Shown: positions 52,142 to 61,470 of the stretch, in pieces
How the letters are laid out: every line of letters starts with the position of its first letter
Numbering within the stretch: position 1 is the stretch's first letter
DNA from: Candidatus Methylomirabilia bacterium
Lineage (GTDB): Bacteria; Methylomirabilota; Methylomirabilia; Rokubacteriales; CSP1-6
Reading direction: 5' to 3'
Assembly (NCBI GenBank): GCA_041496385.1
Contig: JBGQEL010000009.1
Location: 1 to 64,000 of the forward strand
Length of the DNA stretch: 64,000 nucleotides
Notes under the pieces: model-generated
Told to the model about the DNA's origin: nothing
The model's database searches: none
Seen by the model: the letters and a program-made list of their open reading frames with translations, nothing else
Made by a program: the position numbers and the translations under genes

Positions 52142-52927
52142 ATGCTGATCGGCGCCTTCGCCTGCGCGCACACGCCGCAGCTCCTCGCGCGCCCGGATAC
52201 CGAGGATCGAGAGCTGGTGCTGCGGGTCCACGCGGCGTTCGCGCGCGTCAGGCGGCGCCTCGAGGCGCTCCGGCCCGACGCGATCGTGATGGTGGCGGGC
52301 GACCACGTCGAGGCGTTCTTCTTGAACGCGGTGCCCGCGCTGGCCGTCTACGTCGGCGCCGAGTGTACGGGAGCCTTCGGCCACTACCGCTACCGGTTCC
52401 CCATCCACGAGCCGCTCGCCCGCGCGATCGTCGAGCAGGGGATCGAGCGCGGGTTCGATCTCCTCTACACGCAGGACGCGCCGCTCGATTACGCCTTCTA
52501 CGTCCCGCTCCACTTCACCATGCCCGCGCCGGCGGTGCCGATCGTGCCGCTGCACGTCAACGTGTACCTGCCGCCCCAGCCGACGCCGCAGCGCTGCCAC
52601 GCCTGGGGCCGGGCGCTCGGCGAGATCCTCCGCGCGCGCCCGGAGCGCGTCGTGCTCATGGCCTCGGGCGGCATGTCGCACTACCCCGGGACCGATCGTT
52701 ACGCGTCGCCCGAGTTCGACTGGGACCGCCGCGTCCTCGATCAGCTGGCGCAGGGACGCGGACGGGAGCTGGCCGCCGTCACCGCGGAAGAGCTCGACAA
52801 GGCGGGGAACATCGAGCTGCGCACCTGGATCACGCTGCTGGGCGCCGTGGGCGATTCGCGCGCCGACGTCTACTGCTACGAGCCCTCCTGGCACCACGGC
52901 AACGCGGTGGTCGAGTGGCCGATCTGA
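52142..52927 (+). CDS. LigB-like (class III) extradiol ring-cleavage dioxygenase catalytic subunit
   Basis: AHTP, GDHVEAFF, GGMSHYP, GNIELRTWI iron-ligand pattern. Confidence 0.88.
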   Translation: MLIGAFACAHTPQLLARPDTEDRELVLRVHAAFARVRRRLEALRPDAIVMVAGDHVEAFFLNAVPALAVYVGAECTGAFGHYRYRFPIHEPLARAIVEQGIERGFDLLYTQDAPLDYAFYVPLHFTMPAPAVPIVPLHVNVYLPPQPTPQRCHAWGRALGEILRARPERVVLMASGGMSHYPGTDRYASPEFDWDRRVLDQLAQGRGRELAAVTAEELDKAGNIELRTWITLLGAVGDSRADVYCYEPSWHHGNAVVEWPI

Positions 52928-53205
52928 TGGACGGCGCGGCGCACTACCGGTTCCCGCCGGCGAGCGCGTACCCCCTCAACCGCTGCCTCTTCGCCCTCAA
53001 GTCGGACGACGCCTACCGCGCGCGCTACGTGGCCGACGCCGAGGCGGCCATGCGCGACTTCGGCCTCGCCGAGGAGGATCGGGCGGCGCTGCGCCGCGCC
53101 GACCGCGATGCCCTGGTGGCCCGCGGCGCCCATCCGTATCTCGTCTTCATGGTCGACCTGAGGCTTCGCATGGCCCGCGGGACCACGACGTTCGAATACT
53201 TCTGA
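52927..53205 (+). CDS. LigA-like small dioxygenase subunit
   Basis: YPLNRCLFAL...RARY..DAEAAMRDFGL.EED....GAHPYL; coupled to LigB-like stop. Confidence 0.8.
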   Translation: MDGAAHYRFPPASAYPLNRCLFALKSDDAYRARYVADAEAAMRDFGLAEEDRAALRRADRDALVARGAHPYLVFMVDLRLRMARGTTTFEYF

Positions 53206-53221
53206 GCTCGGGGGAGGCGGC

Positions 53222-53923
53222 ATGACGACCGAAGAGTGGTACGACGCGCTGACGGCGGAGCTGCTCGCGCAGAGCCCCTTTCGGCGCTCGGAGTACTTCA
53301 AGCGCTTCGCGTCGGGCGCGCTGAGCCGCGAGCAGGTGTGGGGGCACATCGCGCAACACTATCTCCTGATCGCCTGGTTCCCCCGGATCTTCAGCGGGAT
53401 CCACACGCGGTGCGAGGACCTCGAGGTCCGCAAGGACTGCGCGCGGCACCTGCTCGTCGAGGACCTCGGGTACTTCGAGGGGCGCGTGGGCGGGACCCCG
53501 GACCACGACGAGCTCTTCCGCCGGATCGGCGACGACCTCGGCCACGCCCGCGACGCGTATGACCGCATCGAGCCCGTCCCCGAGATGGCCGCGATCATCG
53601 ACTTCTTCCGGCGGCTGGCCCACGAGACCCCGTGGAGCGCGTCCCTCTGCGCGACGGCGCTCCTCGAGGAGGAAGTGGTCGAGATCGCGCAGACCGTGGG
53701 CGGCGCGCTCGTCCGGCACTACGGCGTGCGCCCGGAGTGGGGCGGCCTGAACTACACGGCGCACGAGGCGATCGAGAAGGAAGAATCGGGAGAGACCAAG
53801 AAGACCATCCTCAAGCACCTGCGCACGGCCGACGACCGGCGCGCCGCCGAGGCGGCGATGCGCGAGATGCACCGGCTGCTCGACGTCTACGCCGCGGGCC
53901 TCGCCCGCCGGCACCTCGCGTAA
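53222..53923 (+). CDS. Heme-oxygenase-like (PqqC/TenA/CADD-fold) iron redox enzyme
   Basis: Helical; HLLVEDLG...PDHDELF, ALLEEE, AHEAIEKE. Confidence 0.75.
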   Translation: MTTEEWYDALTAELLAQSPFRRSEYFKRFASGALSREQVWGHIAQHYLLIAWFPRIFSGIHTRCEDLEVRKDCARHLLVEDLGYFEGRVGGTPDHDELFRRIGDDLGHARDAYDRIEPVPEMAAIIDFFRRLAHETPWSASLCATALLEEEVVEIAQTVGGALVRHYGVRPEWGGLNYTAHEAIEKEESGETKKTILKHLRTADDRRAAEAAMREMHRLLDVYAAGLARRHLA

Positions 53924-53934
53924 GGGAGACCACG

Positions 53935-54432
53935 ATGGAACCGAAGCTCGCTGACCTGCTCACCCGGCGGGTCGCCCGGTTCGTGGACCGCAAGCCCGAC
54001 TGGGACGCGTTCGCCGACGCGCGCGTCGAGGGGTATCGCCGCGCGCAGCACCGGTTCATCGGCTCCGGCGCGTCGGGCAAGTCCGACGCCAGCGCGATCC
54101 CGGCCGAGCACTTCACGCTGAGCATCATGTTCGTGCCGCCCGGGCAGGGCAACGCGGCCCACAGCCACGAGGTGGAAGAAGCCTTCTTCGTCCTGGAGGG
54201 CAAGATCCTCGTCTTTCTCGAGGACGGCGCGGGTGGGCGTGCGGAGACCGTGCTGGGCCCGTGGGACTGCATCTCGTGCCCGGCCAACGTGATCCACGGC
54301 TTCCAGAACGTCGGGCTCGAACCCGCCTACCTGCAAGTCATGCTCGGCCGGTCGAAGCCCGAACTCATGACCTACGCGGACCAGAGCCTCCAATCGCGAC
54401 GCGACGAGCATCTCCGGACGTCTCCCGCGTGA
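53935..54432 (+). CDS. Cupin-domain protein
   Basis: GQGNAAHSHEVEEAFFVLEG, PANVIHGFQN. Confidence 0.9.
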   Translation: MEPKLADLLTRRVARFVDRKPDWDAFADARVEGYRRAQHRFIGSGASGKSDASAIPAEHFTLSIMFVPPGQGNAAHSHEVEEAFFVLEGKILVFLEDGAGGRAETVLGPWDCISCPANVIHGFQNVGLEPAYLQVMLGRSKPELMTYADQSLQSRRDEHLRTSPA

Positions 54433-56768
54433 CCCTGGTCGGCCGCTCGCTCAAGCGGAAGGAGGACGCGCGCCTCCTCCGGGGCGGCGCCCGCTATCTC
54501 GACGACCTCGTGGTGCCGGGCATGCTGCACCTCGGCCTCGTGCGCAGCGCGCACGCGCACGCGCGTGTCCTGCGCGTGGACGCCGCGGTGGCGCGGCGCC
54601 GGCCGGGAGTCCTGGCCGTCCTGACGCTCGCCGATCTGCCGGCGCTCGCCGCGTCCGTGCCGCCGCTCATCCCCGAGGCGAAATTCCCGCCCTACCGGCA
54701 CCCTGTGCTCGCGGGCGCCCGCGTGAGGCATGTCGGCGAGGCGCTCGCCGTGGTCGTCGCCGACACCGCGTATCGGGCGGCCGACGGGGTCGACGCCGTC
54801 AGGGTCGAGTACGAGCCGCTGCCGGCCGCCACGACCGTCGCCGAAGCGCTCCGGCCGGGTGCGCCGCGTGTTCACGACGCGTGGCCGAGCAACCTCTGCT
54901 CGCGGACGGTGAGCGGGTGCGGCGACGTCGACGCCGGGCTCGCGTCGGCCGAGGTCGTCGTCGAGGGGCGCTTCAGATACCCGCGGACCGCGGGCATGCC
55001 GATCGAGACGCGCGGCGTGCTGGCGGCCGGAGATCCGGCGACGGCGCGCCTGACGGTCTGGACGTCCACGCAGGTGCCGTTCGCCGTCCGGAGCGCTGTC
55101 GCGGACGTGCTCGGGCTCGCCGAGGAGCACGTGCGCGTGATCGTGCCCGAGGTGGGCGGAGGCTTCGGCGTCAAGGGCCACGTCTACCCGGAGGACATTC
55201 TCGTGCCGGCGGTGGCCCGGCACGTCGGCCGCCCCGTCAAGTGGACGGAGACCCGGCGCGAGCACCTGATGACGGCCGGCGCGGATCGCGACCAGGAGCA
55301 CCGGGCGCGTCTGGGGGTGCGGCGCGACGGGACGATCGTGGGCCTGGCGACGGAGTTCACGCGGGATCACGGCGCGGCACCGACGCTGGGCGAGGCGATC
55401 ACGCTCAACACGATCAATCATCTTCCGGGGCCCTACCGCGTCCCGAACTACCGAGGCGTCGGCGACAACGTGGTCACGCACAAGACGTTCGCCGCGGCGT
55501 ACCGCGGCGCCGGCCGCCCGGAGGCCGCGTTCGTCCTCGATCGGCTGCTCGACCGCGCCGCGCGGCGGCTCGGCATGGATCCGGCCGAGCTGAGGCGCCG
55601 GAACATGATCCGGCCGGAGGAGATGCCGTTCGCCTCCGGCCTCACGTACCGGGACGGCGCGAGCATCGTCTACGACCCGGCGGATTACGTCACGGCCTTC
55701 GAGCGGATGCTCGAGCGATTGGGCTACGCCGCGTGGCGCAAGAAGCAGGCGCGCCGGCGCGACGGTCTCCGGCCGCTCGGCATCGGGCTGTCCGCCTACG
55801 TCGAGGGCACGGGCCTCGGGCCGTTCGAGGGCGCCGACGTGACCGTCGATCCGTCGGGCACGGTCTTCGTCCACATCGGCGTCTCGGCGCAGGGCCAGGG
55901 ACACGAGACGAGCCTCGCGCAGGTCTGCGCCGCCCAGCTCGGCGTCGGTCTGGACGACGTCGTCGTTCTCGGCGGCGACACGCAGTCCGTCGGCTACGGC
56001 ATGGGGACGATCGCCAGCCGGGTGGCCGCCGTCGCGGGGCCCGCCGTGGCGCGGGCGGCGTCCGAGGTCGCCGCGAAGGCCAGGCTCGTCGCGGCGGACC
56101 TCCTCGAGTGTGCCGCGGAGGATCTCCTGCTGGCCGCGGGGCGCGTCCAGGTGAAGGGCATGCCCGATCGGAGCCTGAGGCTGGCCGAGGTCGCGCGCGC
56201 CGCGGTCAGGAGCCGCGCGCTCTCACGCACCTCCGGCCCCGGCCTCAACGCCTGCGCGTTCTTCTATCCCGACACCGTGACGTGGGCGTTCGGGGTGCAG
56301 GGCGTCGTCCTCGAGGTGGACGTCGAGGCGTGCACGGTGCGATTGCTCCGGCACGTGGCGCTGCACGACTGCGGGACCCCGATCAACCCGATGATCGTCG
56401 AGGGCCAGCTCCACGGCGGCATGGTCCAGGGGATCGGGAGCGCGCTCCTCGAGTCGCTCGTGTTCGACGAGGCCGGTCAGCTCCTGACGGGAACCCTCAT
56501 GGAGTACGCGCTACCGCGCGCCACGGACGTGCCCGCGCTCGAGGTCGATCACCTGAACTTTCCGTCGCCCGTGAATCCGCTCGGCATCAAGGGCGTCGGC
56601 GAGAGCGGGATCATCTCACCCGCGGCGGCCATCGCCAACGCCGTCGAGGACGCGCTCGCGCCGTGGGGCGTCCTGGTGGGCGAGGTGCCGCTGACCGGCG
56701 CGCGGATCTTCGAGCTGCTCCGAACCGCGCGCCGGTCCTCCGGCGGTCAGGCCTTGTCGACCATGTAG
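54429..56768 (+). CDS. Xanthine dehydrogenase/CoxL-family molybdopterin-binding large subunit
   Basis: RKEDARLL.G...Y.DD, VGGGFGVK, AAYRGAGRPE, GQGHET, KGVGESG. Confidence 0.93.
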   Translation: MTLVGRSLKRKEDARLLRGGARYLDDLVVPGMLHLGLVRSAHAHARVLRVDAAVARRRPGVLAVLTLADLPALAASVPPLIPEAKFPPYRHPVLAGARVRHVGEALAVVVADTAYRAADGVDAVRVEYEPLPAATTVAEALRPGAPRVHDAWPSNLCSRTVSGCGDVDAGLASAEVVVEGRFRYPRTAGMPIETRGVLAAGDPATARLTVWTSTQVPFAVRSAVADVLGLAEEHVRVIVPEVGGGFGVKGHVYPEDILVPAVARHVGRPVKWTETRREHLMTAGADRDQEHRARLGVRRDGTIVGLATEFTRDHGAAPTLGEAITLNTINHLPGPYRVPNYRGVGDNVVTHKTFAAAYRGAGRPEAAFVLDRLLDRAARRLGMDPAELRRRNMIRPEEMPFASGLTYRDGASIVYDPADYVTAFERMLERLGYAAWRKKQARRRDGLRPLGIGLSAYVEGTGLGPFEGADVTVDPSGTVFVHIGVSAQGQGHETSLAQVCAAQLGVGLDDVVVLGGDTQSVGYGMGTIASRVAAVAGPAVARAASEVAAKARLVAADLLECAAEDLLLAAGRVQVKGMPDRSLRLAEVARAAVRSRALSRTSGPGLNACAFFYPDTVTWAFGVQGVVLEVDVEACTVRLLRHVALHDCGTPINPMIVEGQLHGGMVQGIGSALLESLVFDEAGQLLTGTLMEYALPRATDVPALEVDHLNFPSPVNPLGIKGVGESGIISPAAAIANAVEDALAPWGVLVGEVPLTGARIFELLRTARRSSGGQALSTM

Positions 56769-58483
56769 ACGTGCGGCAGCATGTCCACGTAGATGTTGCC
56801 GTCCACGACGTACTCGCCCTGGCGGTTCTTCTCGAGGCCCCGGACGCTCGACTTCGCGGCAGCGTAGCGCACGACCCACGCCACCGGGACGTAGCCGCCG
56901 TCCGCCTGCATGAGCTCTTCGGCCTTGGCGTAGTGCGTCATTCGCTTCTTCACGTCGCGCGTGTCGCGGCCTTGCTCCAGTTCCTTGTCGAACGCGTCGT
57001 TGACCCACGCCTGGCGCTTCCCGGAGGTCTTCTTGCCGTAGAAGGTGTCGAAGTACTCGTTGTGCGGGTCGGGGTAGTCCATGAACCAGCGGATCCAGAC
57101 GAACTGGAGATCGTGTTTCCAGAGTCGCTCCCGGAACACGCGCTGCTCCAGGACCTCGAGGTCGGTCTTCATGTTGAGGTGCTCGAGGAGGACCGCCTGG
57201 ACGGCCTCGGCGAGGGGCTTCGAGCCATAGGCCTCGTCGCGCATGGACAGCACGATCTTCGGCCAGTTCCTGCCGCCCTCGTAGGGCGTGCCCTTGAGCA
57301 TGGCCACCGCGGCCTTCGGGTCGAACGCCTGGATGGCCTTGATCTTCGGGTCGTCGGTCGCGCCCGGAAAGCCCGGCGGGATCATGGAGTGGGCCGGGAT
57401 GGCGAAGCCCTGCGCGACCTTGATGACGTTGGCGCGGTCGATCGCGTGGCCGACGGCGCGGCGGACCTTGACGTTGTCGAAGGGCGGCTTCGTCACTTGG
57501 GGCGTGAGGTACCAGGTGCCCGGGAACGGGTAGCGGAAGACCTCCTCGACGGTCTTCGGATTCGACTGCAGGCGCTTGAGGTCGCCGGTCCCGAGGGACG
57601 TCATGTCGAGCTCGTTGTTCTCGTAGGGGAGTGCGCCCGACGCCCCGGGGATGATCGGAATCGTCACGCGGTCGAGCGTGACGTCCTTGGCGCCGAAGAA
57701 GTGCTTGTTCTTCCGCAGCACCATGACCTTGTTGTGCTCCCAGGTCTCGAGGACGAAGGGGCCGTTGCAGACGAGGTTGCCGGCCTCCGTCCACTTGTCG
57801 CCGTACTTCTCGACCGACCCCTTGTGCGCGGGCAACGCCGCGAGATAGGCGGAGAGGACCGGGAAGTAGCCGCGCGGTCCCTCGAGCGTCACCTCGAGGG
57901 TCCAGTCGTCCTTGGCGACCACGCCGACCTGAGAGGCGTCGGGCGCCTGCTTCTTGTTGAAGGCCTCGGCGCCCTTGATGTCGTAGAAATAGCTCGAGTA
58001 CGGGTTGGCGCTCGCAGGGTCCATCTGCCGCTTCCAGGACCACTCGAAGTCACGGGCCGAGCACGGGGAGCCGTCCGAGAACTTCGAGTCTTTTCGGATC
58101 GCGAAGGTCCACAGCGAGCCGTCCTTGTTGGCCGTCACCTTCTCGGCGACATGCAGCACCGGCTGGAAGTCGGCGTTGAACTTCATGAGCCCGGCCCAGA
58201 GCTCCGAGACGCCCGAACAGTAGAGGTCCTTGTTGAAGTCGTGGCTCGACGGGTCGTTCTGGTACCAGCCGCCCCCGCCGTAGCGGAAGTGCTGGTCCTT
58301 CGCGAGCTTCTCGCCGGGCCGGAGCTTCGGGGCCGCGGCGGCGGGCCGGGCATTGAAGCCGGCCGCGCCCATGGCGGTGAGGCCCGCGGCGACCTTCAGG
58401 AAGTCGCGCCGGCCCACGCCGACGGCGGCGAGCCGCTCCGCGAGCAGGTCCAGCTGCGCGTCTGGAATTCGGGGAATCTTCAT
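56747..58483 (-). CDS. Oligopeptide ABC substrate-binding protein (OppA-like), Tat signal
   Basis: GRRDFLK twin-arginine motif; NGPF, PPFDNVKVRRA, WFMDYPDP. Confidence 0.92.
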   Translation of the reverse strand: MKIPRIPDAQLDLLAERLAAVGVGRRDFLKVAAGLTAMGAAGFNARPAAAAPKLRPGEKLAKDQHFRYGGGGWYQNDPSSHDFNKDLYCSGVSELWAGLMKFNADFQPVLHVAEKVTANKDGSLWTFAIRKDSKFSDGSPCSARDFEWSWKRQMDPASANPYSSYFYDIKGAEAFNKKQAPDASQVGVVAKDDWTLEVTLEGPRGYFPVLSAYLAALPAHKGSVEKYGDKWTEAGNLVCNGPFVLETWEHNKVMVLRKNKHFFGAKDVTLDRVTIPIIPGASGALPYENNELDMTSLGTGDLKRLQSNPKTVEEVFRYPFPGTWYLTPQVTKPPFDNVKVRRAVGHAIDRANVIKVAQGFAIPAHSMIPPGFPGATDDPKIKAIQAFDPKAAVAMLKGTPYEGGRNWPKIVLSMRDEAYGSKPLAEAVQAVLLEHLNMKTDLEVLEQRVFRERLWKHDLQFVWIRWFMDYPDPHNEYFDTFYGKKTSGKRQAWVNDAFDKELEQGRDTRDVKKRMTHYAKAEELMQADGGYVPVAWVVRYAAAKSSVRGLEKNRQGEYVVDGNIYVDMLPHVYMVDKA

Positions 58484-58553
58484 CTGTCTCCTCCTTTTCG
58501 AGCCATTTCACCGCTCGGCTGACCGCCCGAGGGCGGCTCGCCTCGCACTGCCA

Positions 58554-59468
58554 TTACTTCATCTTCGGGTCGAGCGCGTCGCGGACGCCGTCGCCGAAGA
58601 ACGTGAACGAGAGCATCGTGATCGCGATCGCGATGGACGGAAAGACGCAGAGGTGCCAGTAGGAGCGGATGTACTGCTGCCCCTCGCCGACCATCTGGCC
58701 CCACGAGGGCGTCGGCGGGTTGATCCCGACGCCGATGAACGAGAGCGCCGCTTCGGTGAAGATCGCCTCGGGGATCCCGAAGGTCACCGACACGACGATC
58801 GGCGTCAGCGCGTTCGGCAGCACGTGGCGCGTCAGGAGCCGGCCGAAGCCGACGCCCAGCGCGCGCGCGGCGTCGACGAACTCCTTCTCCTTGATCGCCA
58901 GGACCTGGGCGCGCGTCTGGCGCGCGATGCCCACCCAGCCGGTGAGGCCGATCGCGATGAAGATGTTCAGGAGGCCCGCGCCCAGCATGGACATGACGAG
59001 GATGACGAAGAGCAGGCGTGGGAAGGCGTACATCACGTCGACGAAGCGGGTGAGGGCGAGGTCGACGCGGCCGCCCAGGAAGCCCGAGAGCGCGCCGATG
59101 GGGACGCCGATCAGGACGACGATGACCTGGGCGCCGAGACCGACGAGCATCGAAACGCGGGCGCCGTAGATCATGCGCGAGAACATGTCGCGGCCGAGCG
59201 CGTCGGTGCCGAGCGGGTAGTCGTGCGAGGGGGGCTCGTTGAGGCGGCCGAAGTTGGTCTTGGTGTACGGGAGCGGCGCCAGGACGTCGGCGAAGATCGC
59301 GATCAGGCAGAGGAGGACGATGACGACCCCGCCGGCCATCGCGAGCCGGTTCCGGAGGAGGCGGCGGACCCCGTCGCGCCAGAGGCTCGTGCCGCGGACC
59401 GTGGGCCGGGCGGCCGCCGCGGCGAGCGCGCCGGCGTCAGTACCGGATGCGGGGGTCGAGAGCGCCAT
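58554..59468 (-). CDS. Oligopeptide ABC permease (OppC-like)
   Basis: LGTDALGRD, EFVDAARALG, GDGVRDALDP. Confidence 0.94.
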   Translation of the reverse strand: MALSTPASGTDAGALAAAAARPTVRGTSLWRDGVRRLLRNRLAMAGGVVIVLLCLIAIFADVLAPLPYTKTNFGRLNEPPSHDYPLGTDALGRDMFSRMIYGARVSMLVGLGAQVIVVLIGVPIGALSGFLGGRVDLALTRFVDVMYAFPRLLFVILVMSMLGAGLLNIFIAIGLTGWVGIARQTRAQVLAIKEKEFVDAARALGVGFGRLLTRHVLPNALTPIVVSVTFGIPEAIFTEAALSFIGVGINPPTPSWGQMVGEGQQYIRSYWHLCVFPSIAIAITMLSFTFFGDGVRDALDPKMK

Positions 59469-60363
59469 AGAGGAGATCCACGACGAGGTTCATGACCGCG
59501 AGGAACGCGCCGTAGGTGAGGACGACCGCCATGATCATCGGATAGTCGCGGCCGGTCATCGACAGGACGAAGAACCGGCCCATCCCCGGCACCCGGAAGA
59601 TCGATTCGACGAAGAACGATCCCGTCCCCACGGCGGCGAACATCGGGCCGAGCAGCGTGACCACCGGGATGAAGGCGTTCTTCAGCGCGTGCTTGAAGAT
59701 GACCGGGCGCTCACCGAGGCCCTTGGCGCGCGCGGTCAGCGTGTAGTCGGCGCGGATCACCTCGAGCATCGAGGCCCGCGTGAAGCGCGCGATGATCCCC
59801 ATCGGCGCCAGCGCCAGCGTGACGGTCGGCAGCACCCAGTTTCGCGGCGAGTCCCAGCCGCCCGTCGGAAAGAGCGGGATGACGAAGGAGAACAGGATGA
59901 TGAAGAACACCGCGAGCACGAAGTTCGGGATGGCCACGCCGACGGTCGCGAGGCTCACCGAGACGTAGTCCCACATGCGATTCTGGTAGACGGCGGCGAG
60001 GATGCCGAGCGCGAGCCCGCCCGCGATCGCGAGCGCGAGCGCCATGCTCCCGAGGAGGAGGGAGATGGGGAAGGTCTCGACGAGGATCTCCATGACGGTG
60101 CGCGTCTTGTAGACGAACGATTTGCCGAAGTCGCCGCGAACCGCCTTGCCGAGGAAGATCAGGAACTGCTGCGGCAGCGGCTTGTCGAGGCCGTAGATCG
60201 CGGCGAGGTTCTTCTGCGCCTCCGGCGAGAGCGGATTGGCGCCCTCGGCCACGGGATCGAGCGGGCTCCCCGGCGTCGCGTGCATGACCAGGAACGTCAC
60301 GAGCGCCATCGCGCCGATGGTCGGCACGAGCCACAGGACGCGTGAGGCGATGTATTGGAGCAA
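59437..60363 (-). CDS. Oligopeptide ABC permease (OppB-like)
   Basis: PGSPL, GDFGKS, DYTLTARAKGL, RDYPMIMA. Confidence 0.94.
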   Translation of the reverse strand: MLQYIASRVLWLVPTIGAMALVTFLVMHATPGSPLDPVAEGANPLSPEAQKNLAAIYGLDKPLPQQFLIFLGKAVRGDFGKSFVYKTRTVMEILVETFPISLLLGSMALALAIAGGLALGILAAVYQNRMWDYVSVSLATVGVAIPNFVLAVFFIILFSFVIPLFPTGGWDSPRNWVLPTVTLALAPMGIIARFTRASMLEVIRADYTLTARAKGLGERPVIFKHALKNAFIPVVTLLGPMFAAVGTGSFFVESIFRVPGMGRFFVLSMTGRDYPMIMAVVLTYGAFLAVMNLVVDLLYGALDPRIRY

Positions 60364-60490
60364 CCGCTACCTCCGAGGACCCGGTCACGGACGACGGGTG
60401 ACCTACTATTCGGCCAAGCGTGGGCCGAGTCAAGGGGGTGGGTGATTATCCCATCCGGTTGATTTTCCGAGGGCTTACGGTTAGGGTTAA

Positions 60491-60949
<459 letters not shown>

Positions 60950-60958
60950 ACGGTTCGC

Positions 60959-61050
60959 GGAGGGGTGGCCGAGCCCGGTTGAAGGCGTCCGACTCGAAAT
61001 CGGATAGGGGCGCAAGTCCCTCGGGGGTTCAAATCCTCTCCCCTCCGCCA
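60959..61050 (+). tRNA. tRNA-Ser(CGA)
   Basis: TCCGA-CT-CGA-AA-TCGGA anticodon arm, long variable arm, CCA. Confidence 0.95.
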
Positions 61051-61092
61051 ATACAACCTCCGCCGATGCAACAATAGTCGCGATGACATCGA

Positions 61093-61185
61093 GGAGGGGT
61101 GACCGAGCGGCCGAAGGTGCGGCACTGGAAATGCCGTGCACGGGTAACCCCTGTGCCGCGGGTTCAAATCCCGCCCCCTCCGCCA
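61093..61185 (+). tRNA. tRNA-Ser(GGA)
   Basis: CGGCA-CT-GGA-AA-TGCCG anticodon arm, long variable arm, CCA. Confidence 0.95.
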
Positions 61186-61197
61186 TTGATCTCCGGT

Positions 61198-61470
61198 GTG
61201 ACCGTGCTAGACGGGGAGTTAGCGGTGCCCTGTAACCCGCAACCCGCTTCAGCGGGGTCGAATTCCCTTTCGAGGGCGGCCTGTGTTGAGTGAGCCTCAC
61301 GGCGCGGCGTCGAAGGTTGGGCCCCACGCAACGAGATTCGTCGAACTCCGCCAGGCCCGGAAGGGAGCAACGGTAAGGCGACCCTCTCGTGTGCCGTGGG
61401 AGTACCTGACCGGAGCTGGCGTCGGGGGGAGTTCGCAGTACGGGTCGTTCGAAGGAGGGTGCACGGTCAC
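61198..61470 (+). ncRNA. ffs: Large (Alu-domain) bacterial SRP RNA
   Basis: Helix-8 CCAGGCCCGGAAGGGAGCAACGG; Alu-like GGGGAGTTAGCGGTGCCCTGTAACCCGCAACCCGC; ends GTGACCGTGC/GCACGGTCAC pair. Confidence 0.92.

Noticed and set aside
54429..56768. Aerobic CO dehydrogenase
   Set aside because: Lacks the form I AYXCSFR motif and coxM/coxS/accessory genes
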